Source: Acanthaster planci (Eukaryota). From it: 24,971 bases of DNA. Every line of letters begins with the position of its first letter. Position 1 is the stretch's first letter. The notes under the pieces are model-generated. The model did no database searches. It was given only the letters and a program-made list of their open reading frames with translations, and was not told the origin of the DNA. The position numbers and the translations under genes were made by a program. The DNA lies in NCBI RefSeq assembly GCF_001949145.1, contig NW_019091359.1:2368540-2393510 (forward strand). Reading direction: 5' to 3'. This document shows positions 12,101 through 22,800 of this stretch, in pieces.

Positions 12101-15100
12101 CACGCACACTTTGACCAGACCAACCAATAGCAGTAACGTTACGCCTTACCAAAGGTATTGAAACATACATGACAAGGACACGATTGGTTAAATCTAGTCG
12201 TGTTTTGTTGAGTAGATATTCAAAACTGAATAAGACCCATTAGAGATCGCTGGGAGCATTCATGCGTGACGGGAAATGAATCAGACCACACAATATTGTA
12301 AGGTCTGCCCCCACTTGTGTTCTTAGCCTCACTGAAAATATTTCTATCCCCGGAATGATTCTCTCCAAGGCTGGTTTGCCACCCCTGAGCGCTCGGCGTC
12401 TGTCTCTTTCACCACGGCATTCCGTAAACCACTCTCGGGCGTTTTCTTCGTGAAGAAGGGCAACCCAAGAGGATTCGACGAATCTAACATCTCGGGCAAG
12501 AAAATTGCCTTCATCGACGGCTCCGCGACCAGTGAATTTTGTCTCTACCGTGCTGGATATACCGTAAGACCAAAAAAACACCATAGTCCATCGAAAACAC
12601 GCTTGACACAGAGCGTTTGTGACATAACACGCTAATCATGAGGGTTGACATTGTAAAATACTATTTCCTCTCGCCAGATACCAAGTATTAATATGAATTC
12701 TATCTGCACGAGCATGTAGTTTGACATATTGGTACCCGGTAGTACATGTACTTGTGTTTTCTCGACTCTGTATACCACAACATTTTTCATGTCTTGTAGA
12801 ACTCGTTTTTTCGGTCATTCTTTTCTCTTCAAGGAGGAACAACTGACACCTGACCAAATCTTCCACTTCAAAAGCAAGAAAAGTTTGGTGAACGCTGTTA
12901 ATAATAATCTGGTAAGCTAAACGCGAATGATACTGATGCACTTGTTCATCTCTTGAAGTCAATCTTAATTTGGTTCCAGAAGGGGTGCACTTGGGCGAGC
13001 ACTTTAGTTTTCTCCTCGTCACTGTAAATACAAGTGTAAATGTTTTAACGCCTTTCAACCGCCTTTCATGTAAACACTTCATGAACGTGTTGTGGTGTTT
13101 ATAATCCAAAGCTAAACACGCTGTGGTGTTTATTTCTTAAACAAACACCTGCAGTGTTCATAAATTTAGCCATAATGACACATTTGGGTTTTATTACCAA
13201 GACATAAAAACACGTTTATCGGGTGGTTACATGTTCTGAACAACGAAACGCGTTTATTTCCAAAAAGGTGTTTAAGTTTAAACGCTTTGACGTTTACCTT
13301 AACCCAAAGACGCGTTTAAATGAGCGTTGGTTTTCACCGTGTTCAGCGTATCACAAACACTTCGTTTTTGAGGATAGTTCTTCACACACGTCAACGTAAT
13401 AGAGGGCCCCTTTTTGGACGAATAAGGGACAATCCCAGTGGACCCTATAAGAATAAAGCAAGTAACCAGCCAAGTGTTATATCAATGGAAAGCGTATATA
13501 CCCCGACCATTCGTAAACCGTTTGCCTCAAGACCACTGAGCCAAGACGAAACGAGTAACGCATTGAACAAGACGAGGGTTAACACGAAATAGGCCGTTTT
13601 CGCTGTCACTCCATACAAAAACGTCTATTTTTTCGGTTTAAATTCTGGTTTTCCAACAAAATGGCAATTACGGTTAGCGTGATTTTGTTTCAGTGGTTTC
13701 AGAGAATAGTTTTTAAAGCAAAAGCCGTTTGCCCCAATCTCCATACTATATAAGAGATTCTCAGAAGATGTAAATTTTCACGAAAATAGGCCGATTTAAT
13801 CTAGGCTTATGCGGTGTGCAGTGTTTGAGCAGATGAGACCGACGTTTCCATGATTGTGGCTGAGTTTGTGCAAACCAACTTTCGGATTGGTGATGGCGAT
13901 CCAGATTTGTGTGAAACAAACAGGCCCATATTGTGCTGTATGGCCACTGGATCTCTGTGTATGTTAAATAAGGCGAAGGCATTGATAGCCATCTCATTCG
14001 AGCGCATTCCCGTTGCAGCTACAAATGATTAAAGACTTCCGTTACACAATTTAAATTGCCTTCCTTCCCCACAGGTAGATGCTGCTTTTAGCAATACCCA
14101 ATTCTTCAATCTGGATGAGGATTTACAGATTGTGGGTGACCCAATTACGAACTGCATGAAAGGAGGCGCCGGCATGATGGTCCGTAAAGACAGCCGGCTG
14201 CCGGATTGGTGGAACCCGGCCTTTGAACAGCTCAAACTGTCGTCGGAGTACCAGCGAATCTGCGATCGAGTTACCGAAGTGCACGGTGAGTATATGTACC
14301 TGGTTGACTGTTGGTGCCTTTGCCCAGCAAAGGCAAACACATTGAACGCTTTTGCTATCTTCGGTAGCCCCATATCGTTGGTTTCGTTTAATTCACCATT
14401 TTGTTCCACAGTTTCGCCGTTCTGTTGCTGGTTTCGTTTGGCAGTTTCATCATTCTATTTGCCGAATTTCATCATCCAACTCATCATTTGCACCGTTCTA
14501 TTCGGCAATTTTTTATTAATTCATTTTGCCTTATTTGTCTAAACATATCGTGAAAAATTGTTTCACTCCGCGAAAACATAATTTTCCTTTGTATATTTTC
14601 CCTTTTGAAAGTATTTGATTCCATGCGTTGGTACAGCTACTCGATTTTACGCGTAATAAGATTGTACACGGCAAACTTTCCTTCCATTCTACAAAACATA
14701 TTATTCTTTTCGGCAAATTCATTATTCTTTGCTGCGTCAGTCCTCTTGACTAAAGAGCCTTTTTGACACCGGGTCAATCTTAAATTCTGAGCGCACGAGG
14801 AAGCCTGGAATAGCGACTAGACGTGGATTTGGTTTGGTATTCTGCACAGTCGACAGAATAGAACTTGCTAAATGGAAAGGTTATGTTACAGAATAGAGTG
14901 GTGAAACTGTCGAACGTAACGGTGCAATTTCCAAATAGAAAACTGAAATTTCAAAATTAAACGGTTAAATTGCCAGATTGAAATTGAGGGGTTTTGTGGA
15001 AAGATGCCTCATTGGCATCGACTGATCTCAAGATGATTGGCTAAGCAACCTTTTTACCTAGCAATGAATCGATCTCTGTTCGTTGAGATTATAGGCTCGT

Positions 15101-15593
15101 TTTGGATCAACTTTGCCGATTCATTGAAAGATGAATTGATATGTGTTCGGCTTTTAGATAAAACAATGAGACGAAAATGAAAAATATTGGAAACGTCAGC
15201 CGCGTGAGCGTTCAAAATGAACCCCATGTCGCATGCATTATGTATACTTTGTTCATACAGAAAATATCTTGGCCGTTCATTTGAGAATACCAGTGTAATG
15301 CACGGTCCACCTCATTCATCAGTCAGGCTTATGTATTTGTAGTTATCTTTCCGTTAACACAATATGGGGAATATTCAACAGGCTCCCTTGCACTGAGTCC
15401 TCGCACTTTGCAACATGTGCAGCATTTGCCTTCGAGCCTTGGTGTTATGTAACACTAGGCATGCACTAGACTGCTGAACAAGTTTTGATTGGCAGCTCGC
15501 ATCAAGACGGGGACCTGTTAAAAATAATACATTCCTAGTTATTTCCACTTTTATCTAGATACATCAGAGAAGGGCGTTGATTGCGTTGATTGA
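9141..15593 (+). CDS. Gene B: paralogue of gene A, type II membrane-anchored SBP family 3 amino-acid-binding-domain protein, 325 aa (323 aa if ATG 9147 is used), 8 coding exons
   Basis: Exons: 9141-9345, 10592-10664, 10847-10899, 11732-11860, 12370-12563, 12834-12911, 14075-14285, 15559-15593. Total 978 nt, GT-AG, same phases as gene A. Exons 3, 4, 5 and 8 have the same lengths as in A (53, 129, 194, 35 nt). TM segment VMVVVIGVVAIVALVFSAIALS. Motifs: GTLRGFHVDIVDAVCQMADKNC, ATPERSASVSFTTAF, ISGKKIAFIDG, VDAAFSN, GAGMMVRKDSRLPDWWNPAFEQLK. Ends HDTSEKGVDCVD*. An N gap lies in intron 1. Confidence 0.9.
9462..9560. other. Assembly gap (N run) in intron 1 of gene B
   Basis: Run of N characters; the true gap length is unknown. 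Confidence 0.99.
9850..9893. repeat. Low-complexity AT tract with (AAATT)4
   Basis: T-run, AAATTAAATTAAATTAAATT, T-run. Confidence 0.8.
13020..13378. mobile_element. Degenerate CACT-terminus MITE with internal AAACAC/GTGTTT repeats, in intron 6 of gene B
   Basis: Starts CACTGTAAATACAAGTGT. Many AAACAC, AAACGC and GTGTTT units occur in both orientations. Ends AAACACTTCGTTTTTGAGGATAGT, a decayed inverted copy of the start. Confidence 0.5.
13588..13796. mobile_element. Small MITE-like element with imperfect terminal inverted repeats
   Basis: Left end AATAGGCCGTTTTCG; right end CGAAAATAGGCCGATT (reverse complement AATCGGCCTATTTTCG). Confidence 0.4.
14380..15008. repeat. Foldback-like element: two arms of a degenerate ~21-bp tandem unit in inverted orientation, in intron 7 of gene B
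   Basis: Right-arm 21-mers: ACAGAATAGAGTGGTGAAACT, GTCGAACGTAACGGTGCAATT, TCCAAATAGAAAACTGAAATT, TCAAAATTAAACGGTTAAATT. The left arm carries reverse-complement units; 14489-14511 matches the reverse complement of 14904-14926 at 18/23. Outer boundaries are approximate. Confidence 0.55.
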
Positions 15594-16855
15594 TTCTGTC
15601 GCAGATGACGTCATCAACAAAACGGAACAGCAGGTGGTGGTTGTTACAGTGATACATTGTACAAAGGGAAATCGAGTTTTCTCTTGTTTTGGTTTGATTA
15701 TAGTTTTAGCTTGCAACTGTTGTAGTGGAGCGATAAATGTTGGTATGTTTTTGAAAACTGTTAAAATAAATGTGGCAGAGGTGGAAGTTTTACGCACTTA
15801 CTTTTGATCCAATCACAGAGGCAATCTGGGTTTTTTCCTTTTTATATGCTTCATATTGCGATTTAGTGACCGTAAATGTAGAATAGGCACGTGTGTTTCC
15901 AAAGTTTTTGTGTTAAAATTATCTTGCGTTGGCCACCTTTTTGTCATCAAGTGGCTGAACATCTTTAATTCTATAGAATCCGCCATATAAATTTCAAGTA
16001 ATATTCATAATCTACAGGTGGAAGTGGCATGTTTGAATCGAATTTGGTGTTTGCATACATCATCCATAAAGGGGAAGTTGGGAAGATACCAATACACCAG
16101 TAATTATTTGCTGTCCGTTTCACATTAAGCTGGAATTGCTGTTTTATAAGAATGGATGCTTCACATTTCATGTATATCAGTCTGAGTAATTTGTCATCGA
16201 AATAGGAGCAGCGCAGAGCATTATGACAAATCTTATTCATACATGTATTAAGTTTACTTTAATATAGTACACGTGAAAAGATTTGACATACCGACACATG
16301 AAAATCAGACAGTGTTTTGTTTGATTTACGTCACATCAACAGCACTTGAAAAAGCTTGGACAATTTGTAATGTTTAAAAGTGCACATTCCAGTATACGTA
16401 ACTCCAAAGGAGGCTAGATACTTTCCATAACATTGAAGAAGAGCACACAAACCTCAGAAAGTGAATACGGGAAAAATTCTTTACGTGTTTCTTTTAAACA
16501 TCATTGATAAGCAACACGAAAAGATTTTGCAACCAAAAATTGAGCAAAATTGAAGACAAAGATATCTTACACGAATATAGCACAAAAGAAGTAGGCCACG
16601 AGTGTGGTACGCTCCTTTGGTATGCTGTTGTCAAATTATGGAAAACTCATTGCTAAGCTTAAGCATAAACCCTTTAATACTGTAACGGAGTATTTTCTGT
16701 ACACTACAAAGCATAAAGGTATGTTTCCGTGATGTTACTTTCCATCGCATAATGTCAGACTTCAGCAAAACTGTTGCTACTGCACAGAAATGTGTCCAAT
16801 TCGATGTATATCTTTTTAATTAAGAACAGCCATTCAGTAAGACTTTGGTCTCTTC

Positions 16856-19800
16856 TCAGGGACACTTTGAAAGTGGTGTGACAGGGCCTTGCACGGTAAA
16901 AGTCGTATTGACCACGTTGGAGGGCGCTTGTCTTTTTTGGTTGGGTTGCTGACCGCCACCGTACACCGTAAACATGCCGGGCTCAAGCACTAACTGGTCT
17001 GTGAAGACCGCCCTCACGCGGGCCGGCATTCTTAGGTAAACGGTCACTGGGTTGTCCATTGTCGTCCTCAAGCGGGTAAAGGCTGCCAGCTGGATATTGG
17101 GCGCGGGCACAGATGCGTTATGCCATTTTATGTAGACTTGAACCGACTAGAGATGAAAAAATATCACATTTCCATAGACTGTGTTTATCTTTAGGAATCA
17201 TCATGCTTGGAACGTTTGAAGAATTCACCTGATTAAGTATAAAACTCCGATTTGGAATTCTTACTTTCGAGAAAATTTCTTCATACCCCTACTATCTTTT
17301 TGTCCAAATTCAAATTGTGACGACTGCACTGAATTCCAAAATGTAAATGGGATAACTAAAAACATTACCTCATATGCATAGACTGTCCCAGTGTTTACGA
17401 GTGCAACATACACCATCAGATCATCACAAGGGTTGATAGTAGTATTGCCGACACTCACGTTGATGTACTTGATTGAAGTGAATGAGAGACCATAACCAAA
17501 AGGATAGAGGGGATCGCCAGTGAAATAGCGGTAAGTCCGACCAGTCATGTTATAGTTGGTTATTGGCGGCACCTGTTGAAGAAAATGCACGTTCTGTCCA
17601 GTTAAATAGTCCTAGACTGACTAAAAGCGATCGAGAAACTTGTTTGTGCCCGACCATTTTTATGGTATCCATTAGTTAGTCGCTTGGTGAATGATTTAAA
17701 GTGGATCAAATACGGTAAACACAAAACAGTGATCTTTCATTGCAGAGCACCAGTTATTAATAAAGTTCTTCAGGGAGTGAGTCCGTATAAACAGGTTGGG
17801 CGTGGATGTCAACGCTGCGTGCAGTCGATGCGAGATAATCTCATCAACAAAATTCATCGATGTGGATATGTTCAACAATTGAGCGCAGCATGGCTGTATG
17901 TTGAAAATAAGCCATGTCACTGTAACACATACACCCAGGAGCATTAACTATTATACAATAGTGCGTAAACCTGTGCAACATACGTTGTGCATTGGGTCGA
18001 GAAATTTCGCACATTGTGATTGGCCAACGCGTTGCAAACTCTTGGAGGCGCACTATTGTGAAACGCCAGTATTATGTCCAGGCCAAAACACTGTGAAGGC
18101 GTTTGTACGCATTCAGTTGAATATTAGACACGTTTCATAATTATGCATCAGGCTAACTAGTGCGTGCGCAATCAGCTGGCTATCCTCCAAAATTGGAGCT
18201 CTCTGAATGGATAAGGCAGCGCCATATTACTCGGAGTCCGTTGTATAAGTCGGAATCTGCAGGCCCGTTACCTGATCCATGGAAGCTGGCCACGTGAACG
18301 GAAGCTTTCCTGAAGGACCAGCTGCTACGGGAAACTGGCTGTTGGTGAAGAGGTTCTTGAGAGCCCCACCCGTTGCCTGACCGGGAAAGAAGCATTGCAG
18401 GATGGTGTGGACACCAGGGTTACTGTCAGCCCAGCCGATATCCAAGGGACCACCGCTGAACAGGAGTAGAACCAATGGCTTCCCCAAGGCTGAAATGAAA
18501 AACATTGCTGAGAAACTCACAGGGCAGAATTTGTACACCATGTTACCGTCGACCACAATCCTTCATGGTAACACAGGTTGGCCTACCATACTTGACAGCC
18601 TGCTGGAGGAGCAACAGCTGGTGGCCGGGTAGAGACATGTTTCGTCTGTCTAAGCCCACATTCTCAATCTGAGTTCCTTGAAACAAAATGTAATAATTCA
18701 AAATATTAAGTCCCGTTTCTTCTTATTTAATATTCGTAAGCACTTCCAAGGCTAAGTTTAAGAGGCTAGGCGGGACAGAGGAACTATGCAATCCTGAAGT
18801 GACCGTGACATGTCTTTCTTTAACGAAAGGCAAATGTGGAAGGGCATGTTTCCTTCATGGGGAGTATTCAGTATGCTCTTACAGGATCCTGCTTTGAATT
18901 GGAGCAATTTGGAGACCCCTTTAGCTTTCCAGTTTTCAGCATTTTATTCCATTAAGCTTGTAACTATTTACGCTTATAGGGGGCGCCTTGTATCGTCGTA
19001 TGGTCTAAAATATCTCAGGTATGTTTTTGGAGTAAAAGGATGAAGCGCTGAAGGCTTCATAGAGAAATTGTGAAAGCTCAAATTTGTGTGATCTTTAAAA
19101 CAGTAAACGGTAAACTGTTCTGCATCTTCGTCCTTACCTGTTCCTAGACACACAATCACCAGATCGGCTCCCGTCACCGCCTCCATGATAGCCGTTTGGT
19201 TGTACTGATCGCATACCGGATTGTTACAGCCGGGAGCGAGTCGCCGAACCTTGCCAAGACCGCCCAGGCCGCCCCAAGGCGTGCTGATAAATTTGGGGTC
19301 GGTCTGTGGGGCGAAACTTCCTAGAATCTCTTGTGGGGAATCGGCAAACGGTCCAACTATCTGAGATATGTGCGCGAAATTTTTTAAGAGAGAGAGGGGG
19401 GGGGAGACAGCAACCGAAGGATTAACCCGAATTTAGGAATAACCCAACGGGTTATTTGGTCATGGGGCTATAATTTCTCCTAACGGAATTTATGCAGTCC
19501 ATTTTGCTTGGGTGTGGGGTGCCGGGTTGTGCAAATGTTTCCTGCATATTACAGATTTGCTTCTTTCGGGAAGAGAACTCACCAAATCATGTTCTCATGG
19601 ACGATCATCCAAGAAATGATGATGACCCCAACAGATTCAACCAAATCGTAATTCTTGGACATGAGTTGTGACTTTAAGGGGACCAACGAGGTCCACGTCC
19701 CTCTTCTTATTCGTGAGAGAAGTACTTCTTTTAAGTAGGCGGCTTTTTCATATATTCTTTCCTTCCCAAACCTTGTAGAACAACCTAGGAATTATTCTCA

Positions 19801-22800
19801 TTCTTCACAAGTACCAGAAAGGATGACATAAAACTGAAAAAATTGGTTCTTCATCCGCCTCTGGATAATCTCAAACAACTTACTGCAATTATTGGAACTC
19901 CACCAACAGGTAGCGTGTTGTTCTCATTCTTCAACATAACAAAAGTCTGTAGGGCTCCCTCTAGAGCGAAATTCTGGTGTTGAAGCGATTCCACGACCTC
20001 CGAGGCGTTGAACCGGCCCCAGGGATTCATCGACGGCGGATCGAATTCCCCGAGTCTCAGCCTGGTGTAAAATAGCGGCCTGACCAGTTCCCGGAGCTCG
20101 TCGACCGTCACTAGTTTCATCTGGACGGCCGCGGTGAGGTTAGTGTAGATGTTGTGGGGCGTGTCGGACTGTTCCAAGTTGCATCCGGCCTTCACAGCAG
20201 CCACCGCCGTCTCCAGCGCCGTCTGGGTGTAGTTGTCCTTCAGGAAGGCATATTCCAGGGCGCTCTTCTCGCTCACCACGTACCCCTTGAAGCCGAACTC
20301 TGTGCGGAGGATGTCCTTGAGGAATCTCTGGTTGAGACAGGCGGGAACGCTGTCAATTCTGAATGGGAAGAACACGTCACAAGAATATTACCCGCTTTGT
20401 GCACGTGTCAATAGTGACTGACCTTTGCCAGTGGTAAAAACAAGACGATAGTGGACAAATAGTTCCTGCCTGACATTGTTGGTTTAATACACCCTCTTTG
20501 ATAACAATCAAGCGATTTGATCAGATATCTGGTGATCTGGGATGCCGGCAAATGAACATTTCCGGTGGTTTGAATGCCACCATGGTCGGACAGAAGTTAC
20601 ATTGATAACGCGTCGTGTGCCCGGCAGAAGGGCGTGAGCGCTGACGCCCTTCTGCCGGGCACCCGACGATTACGCAGGTAATACGCACTTGTTATAGCCG
20701 CACATGACGCTGTACGCCCCAGCCTTGATACATTCATGAAAGGCTGGCAGGTATGTCATATACAAATCCCGCTCCGTTGCCTATAAAACAAGACGATAGA
20801 GATCAGAAGTTAATTAAATGAAAGTGTTTACGGCGTTGTTACTAAGGTAACAGGTTTGAAACCAACCACCACATCATTTCGATTCAGATTAGGCCAGAAT
20901 CCAACAGTGTTTCTGGGAGGCTTTCCTTGAACCCTTCTTCGATTTGTAGATCTGATTTGTCAAACCTAATAGAGCCTGTGAGTGCGCACGAAATAATTAT
21001 CTCGTGCGCGCGACATAATATGCAAGAGATGTGTCATGCAATACTTTTTTCGTGCGTGCGCAAAATACAAACATAATTAAATGTCCGATTAAGGGTTGTA
21101 GCCCAGTTTCGTCGACAAATTCGGCCGGGAACTATCTGTGAATTCATTCTTTGGTCAAATTAAGCAGTTGCCACGAATTATTTCCACTGGCCATTTTCCA
21201 ATTTGATTCCTACACTGTGATCATTGATACTTCGAAATTAAAATATTCTTCGCATTGCAAGATTCTGTTTTAATCTTTCAGAACTAACCCCAGAATTGAA
21301 GGTGTATTTTGAGGCAGGGTAGTCTTCTGGCCCGCTGAAGACAGCGAAGTCTTTGCAGCCTGCACCGGTCCGAAGGTATCGTGCGACGGGTCCATCGAGC
21401 CCTTGTAAGCCGTTGACGTAGGAGCTGACCATCTCCCCCGTCATGAACGGGTCCTCACCGAATGTTTCCTGGTTGGAAAATTTGTACATGGATATGAATG
21501 CCACGACTCCATTTGCGAATGTGATCATGGGCGTTGCTACGAGGGCCAAGGAGGCGATTGCCCCCCCCCACAAAATAAAAAAGGAAAACAGGAGAAGGTG
21601 GAGGAATTTTACGGGAGAGGGTGAAAATTACCAGTTTCTGAGAAACAAACTCGAAATTCGCCTCTTTTGACTGTTAACGTTCGCCAGTCCGTATCCAGTT
21701 CGTTAGGGATACGCAGATGCACACTAATTGCAGGCTCCCATTGGACGAACATTATAAAGTTGCGCGCTAACTTCCTGTTCCACGGTTCCATTGTTCCAAG
21801 TAACTCTATGTGCAGTGGGCGTGGTTTAAACTGAAGTGACGTGATAGTGGATGCTTTATCGCCGCCTCCGGGAATCACCCCCCCCGGAAAAAGTGCCCCC
21901 TCCCCGACGTCTATGAATATCATTCTTACGTTAGGTCACGAATCAAACAAAAGTCTACTGGAATGTACCAGCGGAGGTATTTGCTACAATTTGTTACCGG
22001 AACATGAAAGCGCTAGGCCTTGTAAAGTCTATGGTCATATAGTGAATCGGGTGAATTGGCACGAATCAGGACTGTGAAAACAAATTCATGTAAAGGTCTG
22101 CTAGAATAATGGAAAACATTGTTCGTGTTGATATGTGACTGTATGCAACGTTTAATGAGAATATGTGACAACAATCCTAGATGGGGTGATTCTTGTCCAA
22201 TTTCAATCAATCAACAAGAGTAATATTCGTACACAAAGTCTGTGAGAAGGAAAACAGTCATAATGGGTTTGACGATAGTCAAATAGTCGCTGTACAAGCG
22301 TACATGTTAAAAGATTCACCTGTGGTATATCAAGCGTCTTGGATAGGGCATCGTTTTTGTTAACCATTTTAAAGCTTTAAACGAAACACATGTTCGTGCG
22401 GGCCTTTACCCATCTCCTGGAAAAAGGAAGAAAAAATCGACTGAGTCTTTGGCTATGAAGTGACTGTCAAGCCGTGTATAGAGGGAGAAGCGCTAGCTTC
22501 AGATTTTTTTTTGGAGGGGGGGTGGCTGTTTATGGTGTGTACTGTGGGGCGTGCAGCTATCGCATACCAGCTATCCCTGAGCACTGGCACATACATGTAC
22601 ACCAGCCAGTTTGTTTCCTTCAAAACCGACGCTGAAGTCGAAAGTTCGCATACACAGATATGATACACGGCCGTGGTGAACCGCCGCGAACCCAAACGTG
22701 AGCCCACCTGATTTCTTCCCCACAGCGGATGCCTCATGATGTTTGCCACGGGGCTGAAGCATGTCAGCCCACAGTGATCCCGACGAATGCCGTGCCGGGT

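Noticed and set aside
15382..15452. Alternative last exon for gene B after TTCAACAG (GSLALSPR...VM*)
   Set aside because: No similarity to gene A's C-terminus, whereas 15559-15593 matches it in length and sequence (VDCV).
1100..15593. Interpretation as ionotropic glutamate receptor fragments or bacterial contamination
   Set aside because: The binding domain is contiguous, with no M1-P-M3 segment between the lobes, and ends at a stop codon. Seven spliceosomal introns conserved in position rule out bacterial DNA.
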